64,000 nucleotides of DNA from Microthyrium microscopicum (lineage: Eukaryota), in assembly GCA_010405405.1 (NCBI GenBank), contig MU004234.1, forward strand, positions 2,205,697-2,269,696, read 5' to 3'. The notes beneath the pieces are model-generated. The model had not been told where the DNA came from. It ran no database searches and saw only the letters and a program-made list of their open reading frames with translations. A program made the translations under genes and the position numbers. Every line of letters begins with the position of its first letter. Positions within the stretch are counted from its first letter, which is position 1. Below, piece after piece: positions 47,484-60,411 of this stretch.

Positions 47484-49316
47484 TTAAAACTGGAGATTGG
47501 CAAAATGTCCCGTCCAGGGTTGAGCTTTAGCATTGGACAAAATAAAATGCTGCATTGGAGTGCTAGAGTGACGTGCCACTCTTTCCCGTTCATCTTCTTC
47601 ATAAAGCCGATGACAAAACCGATGGTTGTCGAATGGTTGCGGCGATGGAAGGTAGGACAACGCACAATCGTCATCTTCCTCACTGTCTTCATCGGCGGAG
47701 CGGCTGTCATCATCGATGCGATTGATTTCATCATCTTCATCAAAGTTCAATGATCCAAAGCGTCCACCACAGTGTAGAAGGCTTTGACTTCGCGCTTGCT
47801 CGCAAAGATAACGACCATACTCTGTTCGAGGGTGTTCAATTTCAGATGTTCCCCAGTAAGGATAGTCAGGCTCTCGCAGTCTTAGACCCCTGGCGGATTC
47901 ATTGTCGACCGATTCTGGACCCAGATCGCTTGTTTCAATAATTATGGATCCCACAGAGGGTGCGAAATTTGAGGATGGAGAGGAGCGAGACGCGCGCTGC
48001 CTATAATGGCTCGCGATTTGAACCAGTACGGCGGAATTGGAATTGTTTCCATGGTATGTAGGGGCTGGCATATTAGGACGATTTTTTAGGGAGGCAAAAC
48101 CATGGTCAGGCCAGTTTGGGGGCTTGATTAAAGCCGTTCGTCCTGTTGCAATTCCAGAATGTTCATGAAGATGATTTTCTCGTCGGTCGTTCGGTCTATA
48201 ATTCATCTTCGTTCGAAATGGACCATCCAGAGAATATCCTGTTGAGGGCTGTGAGTTACGATCGAAAACTGTCTGACCGCTGCTGACTGGTAGATCACTG
48301 ATCCCAAGCTCTGAAAACTGGGTCATAACAAAATGACTGGCTTTGCTAACGACATGACCAACGAAATTGAATCCTTCGTTGGCATCATAGTTGAGTATCT
48401 GGAGGTCTCGGAGCACTCCTAAGATCTCTCGATTGATTGGCCAGATATACCGCTCACACGAAGTCAAAAAGTGAGCATAAAAGTTCCTTGTAGGTCCTTG
48501 GGCAAGCATATTGTGTATGCACAAGGATACATCCCATAGACCTATTAATGGGACAGATGAGAGGTTGGAATAGCTGGACGCTGTACATGTTGAATGCTGA
48601 TTTGCAATATGATCCAGTAGCTCTTCTGGCGATTGAATAGGCTGCGATTGAATGCAAAGACCACACCCCAATTGCTTAATGTCTTGAGCCTGAGGTAAAA
48701 CATTGATAATCCCATATTGTGCGAAAAGATACCGTTTGCGGTATTTTATTTCATCTCTCAGATGAGTTCTGAAGTATTTCTGACCGCGCTTTTCAAAACC
48801 CATATGACAGAACGGGCATTGATAATAGCTGGGTTGCCCTGCCTTATTCTCACGTCTCTTGACATCCGTACTAAGAGTGACAGGACTCAGAAACTCATGG
48901 GGATGTTTTCGTTTGGTGCCTCGCTCCACTGTACTTCGCTCAGCACCGGATTCGCTGACGTGGTATGTCGAGCCTGTGAATGTACTACTGGGGCTCTTGG
49001 CTGGAGTGGAGGGCTCAGTGACAATATGGAGGAAGGAATCGGCTGGTTCGGTAGGAGAGATAGTTGCAACGCGGCAATCTGGTGCTGCACTGGTTAGCGA
49101 ATTGGCACTGAGGACGCCGATGGTTTTACTTTTCGGTATAAAGTATCTTGCAGAAGTAAAATGAGCGTCCAATTCTTCTTTCGTGCGACCATTCAGCGCA
49201 AGCGTTGCGTTAATCACGGATGATTGGAGGCTTTTATCGTGGCCGCAAAGATTGACCAGAATATGTACTGCCTCGGTGATCTTCTGTCGCTCAGACAGGC
49301 AAGACAGGTCGGACAT
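47484..49316 (-). CDS. Hypothetical 610-aa protein with two degenerate C2H2-like motifs
   Basis: Long uninterrupted ORF; YQCPFC...FRTHL and CGLC...LLDHIANQH; basic KRKH patch; acidic C-terminal tract. Confidence 0.7.
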   Translation of the reverse strand: MSDLSCLSERQKITEAVHILVNLCGHDKSLQSSVINATLALNGRTKEELDAHFTSARYFIPKSKTIGVLSANSLTSAAPDCRVATISPTEPADSFLHIVTEPSTPAKSPSSTFTGSTYHVSESGAERSTVERGTKRKHPHEFLSPVTLSTDVKRRENKAGQPSYYQCPFCHMGFEKRGQKYFRTHLRDEIKYRKRYLFAQYGIINVLPQAQDIKQLGCGLCIQSQPIQSPEELLDHIANQHSTCTASSYSNLSSVPLIGLWDVSLCIHNMLAQGPTRNFYAHFLTSCERYIWPINREILGVLRDLQILNYDANEGFNFVGHVVSKASHFVMTQFSELGISDLPVSSGQTVFDRNSQPSTGYSLDGPFRTKMNYRPNDRRENHLHEHSGIATGRTALIKPPNWPDHGFASLKNRPNMPAPTYHGNNSNSAVLVQIASHYRQRASRSSPSSNFAPSVGSIIIETSDLGPESVDNESARGLRLREPDYPYWGTSEIEHPRTEYGRYLCEQARSQSLLHCGGRFGSLNFDEDDEINRIDDDSRSADEDSEEDDDCALSYLPSPQPFDNHRFCHRLYEEDERERVARHSSTPMQHFILSNAKAQPWTGHFANLQF

Positions 49317-50160
49317 TGAAAACTGCTGTTAAGTAACTGAAGTATGTCCTGCCATAAATAAACTAATTGAAACAAAAATATAGACTATCAAGTCGCCTAG
49401 CTAATAAGCTAGGAATTCTTATACTTTGTATGAAAGATGTTAGAAGATGATGCAAAGGTCCTTGGACCAGAACGCGCAGCTTTCTTGGAAGCTTGACATC
49501 AACGTTAAGTGCGGAGTACGCAGGCAGGTATTTGACTAATGAAGTTTAGGGAAGTGTACACGAAGGTGGCAGTCCAATCGAACAGCCCCAAACATTCAAA
49601 GCTTCGAACCTTTGCTTATAAGCCCCCATTGAAGGTCTATGCCTTTTCTAAGTCACTCACTAATCTCTAATGAAATATGCTGACTCTTCCAAGATTCTCT
49701 CCTGTTCTGGGTGTTAGCGTTGGTTCAGGCCAAGTTGACAAATCATTGAATTATGCTTGACATCCGCTGAATAGCAGGTGCTGGGTTTGAGAGATTACAA
49801 ATTGGTGGGTGGACTCAAAATCCCAATATTGAGTATGCCTTGTTGTTATAGAGCGATATAACAAGGCACACTCGAAAAATTGGACCTGAATTGGATAATC
49901 TAGTCTCAATCGGCCATATCAAAAGGCAAAATCTCCTATATGTCAAATTTTTGGTGCTTTCTATGAACAAAAGTTCAAGTCACCATCAGGCAACAGCAAC
50001 CACATTGTTATGCTATCGGACGTGCAAACTTTAAAAACAATTCAAAAACGTCACTAAATGCACATAAGAGTCAAAATTTGCATGCGCGCAACGTTCCTTC
50101 TCTGCCCTGATTTTCTTCACTTTAGCTTTATGTTATGCGACGGTCCAAACAGATAGCAAA

Positions 50161-50196
50161 AGCCAGGCAAGAAGCCAGGCAAGAAGCCAGGCAAGA
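50161..50196 (+). repeat. 12-bp tandem repeat, three copies (AGCCAGGCAAGA)
   Basis: Read directly from the sequence. Confidence 0.9.
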
Positions 50197-52068
50197 ATCA
50201 TATTTCAGCTCCAGATGTCAAATGTGGCATGAACTAGCTGCTACGTCAATTGAGAAGCATTGACAGTGGCAAACATCAATTGGCGGAGTACAAAGCCGAT
50301 TCGCTCCGAATGAGGCTCTGCACCAACTTCGGTGTTTACTCCATGAACAGAGGAAAACCAGACGACGGGGAGTTGACGTGGCTCTCCTGGTATGGTTGTA
50401 TGGCATCGTGCAGTTCACACGGTACACCACACTGCTTCTTCCCTGGCACGGCTACACTGGATGGCACACCTCAGGACAAGCGTGATCATCCAATGAAAAA
50501 ATAGGATATGTGTCTTTTGGCTGACGCTCATATTTCTTCTCCAAACCATTGGTCAGAAACTGGGATTATTTATCAGATATCTCATGATTAATTGGATAAT
50601 CACTTTTTTGGAATCCTGCCTGTACAAGGATTCTCGTTAGGCCGTCAGATGGCCCAAGTTCCTGGATTAGAGAGGAGATCTTTCAGCTGGCACCATTTCG
50701 CTCCTTTTAGACGTTAGTATGTTCGTTTAAGCCTGTCCTTGCACTGCTTGCGCAACCCCGGAACATTGGTTGCAAAGCACCAATCTGGTGATCAAAGTAT
50801 GGCTCCTTGCGCATTATCTTTACCAGTATCTTTGAACTAAAGACATGTAACATTCATAGCTTGAGAGGAGATTGATAGGTAGACACGAAAATGCATTCCG
50901 TTCTTTGGCCACATTGTCTGATTGGATTCGTACCCATTGCAGTCAAGAAGCGCCTTTTCCAATCACAATGAAGAGTGGCGATGATCATGCCTTTACGCTC
51001 GTCCCTGCGGTGATTTAGACACGGGCATAGGCCCGCCTGTTCAATCCTGTAGAACAAGAAACAGACAGCGTTTCGTTTACGGCCTGGCCCGAGCCAATGA
51101 AAAGGGATAACCCAGAATTTGGGTGGAGCTCGCCCTTGAAGAATACGCCTTGTAGGTGCGTCCTAGACGGTAGGCATGATGTACTCGAGTTGGCGTGCTA
51201 AGCAACCCGAGCAGTAATAGCGGTGTACAATCAGGAAATCCAAACTGGCCAGTAAACTTCAAGGAGCTACCTGTTATGAACAGAGCAGAACAGCTCCATT
51301 TACGGCGGATGTATGAAACTACTAGTAGTAGTATAAATTAAAAGCGAAGGAATAATGGCAAGACACTGCTAGTGCCAGCAACAGTTTACTTCGTTGCTCT
51401 CTCGCAGAACTCACTCTGCATGATTGTGCTGCAATGATTTGATATTGAAGATTGGGGTGGCAAAAGTATTATACCCCTGACCAGCTCTAACATTGAATTT
51501 GATAACCCTTGATCCTAACATCCGGTCCTGGTAGCACTGACCCTGTCGCGATCTTTCTGGATTTCTATCACATCTCCTACACACCGTAATAATCAGCGTC
51601 AACCTTGCTACCTGGAGCCCAAGCGGCCAAGTTGGGTTGATGCTTGTTGATGATACCTTTTTGATCGCATGACCTCATGGAGAATGAGGGTAGACTGGTT
51701 GGTATCTTCGATTGCAATAACTCAGAAGATGATTTGAATAATGGGTCATTAATAACAGTTAAGTGGTAGTTTAGGTCTGAAAACTTCCAGTTCGCATGAT
51801 TTTGATTCCCGTGCAAGAACCTCACGCAAACGAGTGAAACATATTACACAAGAACTTTTGCTTAGCTTGCACTAAAACTTTGTGCGCAAAGTGAGCGTTT
51901 CCATGGTGTCTCTTGGTAGTATGGGGGGGGGGGGCGGAAGGCAACCAGAAATTAGCAGGAGAGCAGGCTAGCAGCTATCAGAGGCATCCATTTTCGGGGC
52001 TCGCTTCCGGAGAAAGGCAACACGTTCTTTCTCATTGAGACTTTATAAAATCAAACCAATTCCCTACA

Positions 52069-53497
52069 ATGACAACGGCAGCTGTTCCAGATTGCGTGCT
52101 CTTGCCTCTACTCACAAAACTTATACCACTGGGAAGAGATTTTGCGGAAACTTTCTCTGAGACTTACTCGCAACTCTATTCTATTTATTCTCAAGAACAG
52201 CACAACGGTATTCGTGTCTGATTCCAATCCGGTATCAAGACGTTTTTGTGGGCCGCGGCGCATACGACACCACTGGTACACCAAACCCACATCCAGCGCA
52301 ACTCTGGTTTAAACCTCCTTCTACCTTTATAATGTACTCGATCCTGATTGAACATTGATAGACGTAGGTACATAAAGACAATCCGCAGACTTGCCCAGCG
52401 CAACAGGTATCTACCTACCAGTCGACGGCCTGGTCATTTCGCGGATCCTTCGTCATTTCAACAGTGCTTCGTTGCTACCCGGCCAGGATCTTTGGTTTCC
52501 CATGACCTGTTTTGGCTGCAAAACTTTCATACTTGGGCAACTCCGCACTTCAGATCTCGTTGCTCCAGTACATCACCGCTGGTTTCAAAAGTAAAATCTT
52601 GCCAAGTTTCAACAGACTCATACGCTTTGGTGGTCGGAGATCTTTAATAAATCCTCCGCGCATTAGCCATGACATTTCAAGATAACCACTGCCTTTCCTT
52701 TGCGGCCAACCTATGCTCAAGAAAATCAAAAAGCGCAATGTTAGAAAGTCAAGGCAAGCTGAAAATGGACATTGCTCCACAAAGCCATCGCAAGTCCATC
52801 GCCAACTCTCGAAAACCCAATGACTTCGCTGGCATTGGGAGCCACTTGCAAGGAAATCTCAACACCATCCGCCGCCCTGATGATAACTTTAGTGAGTGAG
52901 GATATGATCAGCACCTAAAAGTTCCTGAGCTAACCTAACCCACAGTTTTCGTGTCACCTACTCTGGACCTTGAGGATCTGGAACTCGGGGATGTCCCAAC
53001 AAAGCCCCATCTCCGAACCTATATTGCCACTGGTCAAGGATATTGCAGTGAGCCGCCCAGGCATTCAATTCCCCAGATAGTTCGTCAGTATTAGCTCTCA
53101 AATATCCACCAGTAATGGTTTAACACTCCCCTAGTTGTAATTCGCGACGATTGCAGCCTTGCCAATGGCTTGCATCTCACAGGTGATTGGTGGCGCCCTC
53201 AACAAGGGGCCCACATGGCAGCTGTCACATCGGCAGCCTCATCGATTTGTCCACCGAGCTCATCCAGCGATGCCAGCCCAATCTTCACTCCTAATTCAAC
53301 TGCCAACTACAGCATTCCAGATACCACAATTCCATTTCATCATGAATCGGACACAGAAGCCACATAGAAGACCACGAGGCTCACAATTGGTCTTCAAGAA
53401 GGTCATGGAGCCTTTTTTCGAAATCGTCATACTTTTCACTTTTTGTGGCCGTCTGGCCAGCGCGCTGTCTTTTCCTCAGCTCATTCCACTTCTGTGA
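52069..53497 (+). CDS. Possible multi-exon hypothetical gene (model unresolved)
   Basis: Canonical-looking introns (GTGAGT at 52892 to CTAAC...CAG at 52945; GTCAGT near 53084) between short open frames; no recognisable domain. Confidence 0.3.
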
Positions 53498-56361
53498 ACA
53501 CTTGTCTTGCTTTGGACTCAGAAGGTGGAGCATCAACTCGTATTCCTAAAATTCATCTTATTGAAATTGCAGTCTTTGCCATCGAACTTCCACTCTTCGT
53601 CGATATTTGTAAGCATAATTGTGGGACAACTCTTTTGAAATACTTGGGGGAGACTGGAGTTGGGAGCTGCCGAACATTTAATGTCATAGCAATTTCTCCA
53701 CTTCACAGCTCCTTCCTAAGTGTGTATTAAACCACGAGGTCTCGGGAACTAGCAAACAATGTGTTCCAGTGACGCGCCGCAAGGGACCAAGGGTCGTCTT
53801 CCACGTGTGACATCCTTTTCTCCAACGTCCTGTCGTGAAATCTAAAACAATGGCTTGTGCGTTTAAGCTAGAAAATTATAAATCATCGAAATCACTAACG
53901 TCTGCTCTCAAAGTTTCGTTTTTAGAACTGCAAGACTCTAATAGCCACAAACACGTCAGAATATGCGGCCTTGTCCCCTACTGTAGGTGGCACGGTAGAT
54001 AAAGTATCGCCTCTTTGAATGCCATGGTTGAGAACGGGCTGGGGCCAATGGACTTTGCCCACCCCTTATGGCGCAGTTTAGTATAGTGTCAATTTCGCAC
54101 TGGTCATAAAGATTAGTTGTTTGCATTATTGATAAGAAATAATCTTGCTGAATACTGAAATGTAGTCGCACGTATTTCAAGTTTGCAGATCAGGCTGTTG
54201 TCAGCGTGTCACAATGCATCATTGGCAGTGGGCATGCCAACACACTGTATGTTAATTTCCTTCTGCACGCTATATGCAGTTGGCATGTACCTGCGCATCA
54301 CGAGCGATCCGGCCTGATCAGACCTGGTACCTGGGTGGCGAGACGATGATAATGCAGCTTGCGCAAAGACAAAATTATATGTTTCAAACGTTGGCGCAAG
54401 GCGCAAAGCGGCCTCGGGGATGAAGTTGCGGTGTGCTTTGTGATGTTTTTGGCGGGATGACAGGAACAGGTCGTTTTAGTAATGTTCGAACGATCGTATT
54501 TGTTCACGTAAATTTGGAAATGTCTCCCTAATCCTCGAGGACCATACCGTATTTCTGGTTGCCTGCGCAGGGTATGACGGTCCTTGCAAGGTGAGAAGGC
54601 TTGCGAGAGAAAGCGTTTGATCCAACGACATGCCTGGTCCGGAATTCTCTTTGTAAATATTGGGATTATCATCATAGCCTGGTCTCCAGTGGCACGTAAT
54701 TTTGAAACATCTCAGCCATTGCCACCGAAACCGATCACTCCCATGTCACCGATTTTGCGGCACACGGCTGCGGCGTTCCTGGAGCTGGAATTTTGTCAGT
54801 AGAGAGCCAATGATTAATGGGTTGTAGATGGCGGCAATTAGGTTTGCGGATCAGAAGCAGGAAGTGATTAGTTCCTTATTATTTGTCTCTCGATAGGTCT
54901 TCACTTTATAGCGGGATCTTTCAAGAGATAGAAGTGTTTAGTCAAGCAATGGCCAAAAGCTTGCTCAAGTCCAGCATCCTAGATTCTTCTGGGCATATTT
55001 GTTATCCCCGCAATTCTAACGGGTAACTGCATTCGATCCAAAATTTGAATCGGTTATGCACTAATAGAAGGATTCTGGCGCGCCGCATGCCCTCCTAGAG
55101 CTTGTGAGCTGGTCAAGCTTCAGACTTTGAAGCGCAGCCCGAGAGCCCGAAAAGTCTGATTTTTCAAAATTGCATTAACCAGGGGTAGGCGGATCGCGAA
55201 TGCCGTCAAAAGGCAAACAAGGCTTCGCTGGCAGTTAGACCAGTCCACTACATGTGAAATAGAAAGGGATGTCAAGCGGCGGCAAGCTCGGTGCAGAAAT
55301 TTATGGTTGATGCACCTTACCGCTGCAAGCTACGTTTGAAGCGGTGTTAAAACACACGAACGATAAGATGACCAATAAGTCCATGCATAAACTGTTGATT
55401 TCATATCTTGTTAGCCTCACTGTAGAAGGAGCCTTCTTAACGAGGGCAGAGAAATATTCAATTGGCCAGAGTTGCGGCCTGATATAAATCCTCGCTGGGT
55501 GTCCAAGAAGGTTCCATAAGACGCCACACTGATCATGTTGGCAAGCCTTCGTAACATGGGCTCTAGGGAGTTTTGCTCCTGTACCTAGGTATTATCACCG
55601 TAACGTGTAGTGTGTCGCACGACGACCTCACTGGACACCGATCGCGGCGCGATCACTCTGCGAAAACCTGATACACTTATAAGACCTTCAATGGTCATGG
55701 CTATCTCAGTTGTCAAAATATCAAGGGGAATTACTTCCACAACAACTTGAAGGATTAGCTGCCTACAGGGAGGTCAGGAATCGGTGTTATATCGAACCGC
55801 CCTAATTCCGTATTTCATAGCCGGATATCGAAGGATCCTAGTCTGGAGTATCCCAGAGGCGCCCAGCCGACAAGTCATGGAGCCAGGGACATAGGCAGAC
55901 TGTTGAGCTTCTCTCCCGGCTTCACAAAAGCGTCTCGCTGAGTTGACATCAGTTTGCTTTCCATGTCTGGTTACGAAATATGCCAGGAATCTTATGTTGA
56001 TGGCCAGTAACTGGTCTCGTGGCTCAAACTGTGGTTGGACTGTTACTATGTTTTTATTTCTTCACGCTGTTTAAATATGTCGCCGCGACCTTGCCACTGC
56101 TTGGTACCCTTTTCTTGACAAAAAGCTTAAGGAAAAAAGAACACGCGCTGGCACATCACCTTTAAGGCTGATTTACAGGGAAGCCGTACGCCACGCTCGT
56201 GGCCTTCAACACCTCCCTTTTACTTCATCACTTCTCGCTCACCGCCTTGGTCTTCTATAAGACCTGGAGAACGGATCACCTCTTCGCCTTCAATCGTCAC
56301 CCTGTTTCTCAGACTCCCCTCGATCACATTCGGCACTCAGACTTTATACTAACTTTGCAAA

Positions 56362-57147
56362 ATGTACACAATGTAAGTATTATTGATCCAAACAACAGCA
56401 CACCTATTGCAGTGTTGATAGTCGAGTCCAGTACCCATTGCGCCGGCGCGCAATTTGGGAGTAACGCGGCGGATGACATGCCCGCCGATCTTTCACTTGA
56501 GGATCTAGGTAAGCAAACATATCCGGTAAGATTGACATCAAGATGAGAACACTGATGGCTTCCAAGGTTCAGTAGGACTGTCCGACACAGCCAACCTGCC
56601 TAACGGCACCCATGGTGGAACCCATCATCAGGACTGGGCGTCTTCGTCAAGTGAGAAACCCTACTTACACAACACAAAGGCCTTCCATTGACAAAGTGTA
56701 GGAAGCCAGAGGATTGTGACTCCTGCGGTACCAACATCCCTTGCCGCGCAAAACTGGCAGCCATCGCCACCACCAGCTGGTCGCGGTGATTCCAACAAGC
56801 CAACTTCCAATAACGACCAGCACAATACTCGCTCCGTGCCTACAAGCCAAAGCTACCAACGCTCTGTCGAGCCACATAGACTGCCAAGTCTTCCAGCAAC
56901 AGTTCGACCCCCGCGCGACCCGTCCTTGACCCGACTGATGTACGAGCGTCGCCGAGCTATGCATTATTCCTCGTCTATGAGGTCTTCGCCTGAAGCGGAC
57001 TTGGGACTGGAATCTCTCTTCGTCGAAGGAAGCAAGAGAGCCAGCTCCGCCATCAAAACAACCCGGTACAGAGCGCCGAAGGATGGTAGAAGCCAACGGC
57101 AATCGGCTTATCCCCATTCGGAAGGAGATTGGATCGACAGAAGTTGA
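56362..57147 (+). CDS. Possible multi-exon hypothetical S/P/R-rich gene
   Basis: GTAAGT (56373), GTAAGC (56509) and GTGAGA (56651) donors with acceptors that join in frame to ORF 56716-57147; no recognisable domain. Confidence 0.4.
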
Positions 57148-58480
57148 TATGGTCGGTATGATGTCTGAGGAGATCAATACGCGGAGTCCTCTTTGTTCTT
57201 TTCTGCTTCAAGTGTGCAAATACGGAATTGTATTGATAGTGTGACGGATACCTTATCTTGACCGAGTTAGTGAACCTCATTCTTCCATTAGGCCAACTTG
57301 CAATAATACATTATTCACTAGGATACTCACTAAGTTGAATCTTGTAACCTATATGCGCTCTGCGCCCATCACGGATGTGACTGATGTCAGTGTCTACTAG
57401 TAGTAGAACCTGGTTCACCCCCAGGTAATCAAGCGCCTTGAACCAAAGCCGGCCCTGTAGAGGCGGGAGCGCGTTTCCGGCGCTGTTCTAATAGTGCCTT
57501 CGAGGTGGTTGACTCTGACTATTGCTGAATCTCGAGCCCGTATTGCACTTGGTAGACTGTCCTGAAGGCTGGGAAATGCAGACTGGCAGACCAACCGTGA
57601 AGGTATCGCAATCATGCCATCTGTTCAAAGAACCAGGACAAGTACCACGCCATCCGCTAGTCGTGCCATTGAGATCTTCCAGTCTTGGTACCTAAAACAT
57701 CGAAGAGGGCATCAGCATCTCTCCGTTTTTGATATCCTCGTCGGCGCTTTGAAAGGTCATTGGCAAATATGTAAGCGGCATTCAAAGCTCCAACAGAAGC
57801 ACGACGAATTTCGGCACCAACTATGACAAATTGGCACACTCAAAGAGTTTGAAAACGGGTCGCTGAGTGAAATTTCGAAAGGAAAGGTTGACAGATTCAA
57901 GGCCATGATGACAAGGGGAATGGCTCAAATATCATTCAAATGTATTGACCAAGCGTTCTCAATTTTACGCACTGCGTTTTTCGAAAAGCATCCCGTGGCG
58001 TAATTATTGCAACCTCTTCAGAATCGTTCATGCACGTTTTAGCTACATCCAGGGTTGGAAAGCCAGTCGTCCCCATATTGCTTTTTGTGAGGCTGTGATT
58101 CCTGGAGGGCGACTGGATATACGTTGTTGAATCCGTCAGGCTGAGGGCGCCTACAGAAGCCTCTTTTAGTCCCGAGCTGAATACGCATTCTGAGGAATAC
58201 ACCTTCATGGGAAGAACGTATATTGTGGTTTCAAGGGCCAAATCAATTACCAAAACATATTTTAACTGTGGATAGGATTGGAAGCATCCAAATTCTCGCA
58301 GGCATGATGTATTCGACGGCTAGTCATTCAGCAGAAGAGCCGTTCAACAACTACGAAGATGACTGGCACTATAGCCCACATTAATACTGATACATTGACA
58401 CAGGTAGAGTTAAAAGATTGTCACATCGTTTGAGTTTAGACATGCCGATGTTCATGGGTCGAAACTATGGCCAAAGTGTT

Positions 58481-58580
58481 ACTTGAACATGTATACTGTC
58501 ACTGAAGTTGTGTCTCATGAGTCAATTATGACTTGAGCATGTATACTGTCACTGAAGTTGTGTCTCATGAGTGAATTATG
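58481..58580. repeat. 50-bp tandem duplication, two copies with 2 mismatches
   Basis: ACTTGA(A/G)CATGTATACTGTCACTGAAGTTGTGTCTCATGAGT(C/G)AATTATG starting at 58481 and 58531. Confidence 0.95.
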
Positions 58581-58661
58581 TCATGTTTGATACATTATGT
58601 GTGCTAATTACATTAATTTAGATGTGACCACCCATGGTCTTAACGCCGTATATACATGCAA

Positions 58662-60411
58662 TTAACGCTTGAAAGGTGGTGGTGTTCCAGGAGGATACAT
58701 GGCACCGTAGTCGTAAGAAGGTACATCCACATTGGCACCTGTCAAATTCGTCGGTGCAATGTTGCCTGCGGCGTTACCAAAGTACTTCATGGGATAGGTC
58801 TTGCACGCATCAATATGATCTTGAGGAATGCGGAAGTTGGTTTGGGCAAGCTCCTCCGGCGCTTCAATAATGGTGGCGACGAAACCACTGCTGGTATGCG
58901 CTTCAATGTGGCAATGCAGAAGCCAGACACCTGGGTTATCGGCCTTGAAGCGAATGACACCCCAACTTTGATCTTGCAACATGAAAGTGTCGCGACGAAC
59001 GGGGGCTGCGTGTGGGTAGCCAGTGCGGAAGGTGCCGTTGAATTTACCGAACATTGGGTCTGGGCGGTCGAGAACTTGGAATTGATGGCCGTGCATGTGC
59101 CATGGGTGTAGGTTGGTGTTGAGGTTGTTGATGACAATTTCAATAATCTCACCCTTCTTGACGACAATGGGATTGACATGTCCGTAGACTTCTGGGTCGG
59201 AGGAGTAGTTTCCTGTGGTTATGGCAGAGTAGAATGAGGGAACCTTGGCTGGTAGGTAGGTGTAGTTGTTGATTTCGAAACGAGAGATGCCAGAGATGTT
59301 GACGGAGTTGGTGTCCAAGACAATCTGGTGGTCGACTGGTTCTAGGAGAGGCTCCTCATCAAGGGGAACGTAGTCCAAATCGTCGAAGAAGTTGGCGTTT
59401 CCGAGAGAATAGAAGACTGGTGGGTCAGGGAGAGGTGCGCTCTCGTTGTAGACCAACCATCCAGTAACGTTAGTGTTGTAATTCATTGGTGGAGGGATAA
59501 TGCCCTTGTTGATGAACAGCATGTTCACGTCCATGGTATCCCAAATAGCATAATTTTTGCTAGTATCGTTGAATGTCTTGATAAGAACACCCTGTCTTTG
59601 TCCTGGAGCAATACGGGTTAGAAGGCCATTTCCATTAGCTTCTTTGGGCTGCACGTAGGTGCCGTCGACTTCCACTGTTGTCTGGTTGTGGTCCTGGAAC
59701 AACCATGCGTGACCTGGATAACTTGCTGGACATATCACTCTGATGAAATAGGTCTTGTTGGGCTTGACATGAATGGTAATGTTCTTTCCAGAATTCATTA
59801 GAGCACCGCCTGAAGGTGGAGCGACGCCGTCTAAGGCCTCCCCTGAAGGTGATTGATAGGCGCTAATGAGATCTGCAGATTGCTCATGGTACCAATCCGA
59901 TAGAGTAAGAATGATTTCTTCATCGTATTCAAATGGAGGGTTTGGATCCTCAATGATGAGAGGTCCCCAAAGACCGTCAGGATATTGACCCATATCGTGC
60001 GAGTGGTACCAATATGTTCCAGCTGCGTCAGCCTTTTCGTTGTTAGTTTTCTGAAAATCAACTGTCGGTAAATAAACTTACAGTCCAGTTGTATGTGAAT
60101 TGTTGACCTGGGGCAACTGGGCATTGCGATACACCAGAAGCTCCATCCATGTAAGAAGTACCAGTTTGGTGAATTCCATGCCAATGAAGGCCAGTGGACT
60201 GATTTCCGAGCTGGTTGTCGATTGTCACAATCACCTGGTCTCCGAGTTTGGCACGTAGTTCTGGGCAAGGCCATTGACCATTGATGCCAATGACTGGTCT
60301 TGCGAAACCATCCGGTGCTGCTGTGACCCAGGTGATGTTCCAGTGTAGGTTGACGACATCGGCGAGAACGACCGAAGAGAGGAGGGAGAATAAAAGAAGA
60401 AATGAAGACAT
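58662..60411 (-). CDS. Secreted multicopper oxidase of the Fet3/Abr1-like branch, no transmembrane anchor
   Basis: Signal peptide; [33 protein letters not shown] near C-terminus; one intron 60033-60081. Confidence 0.93.
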
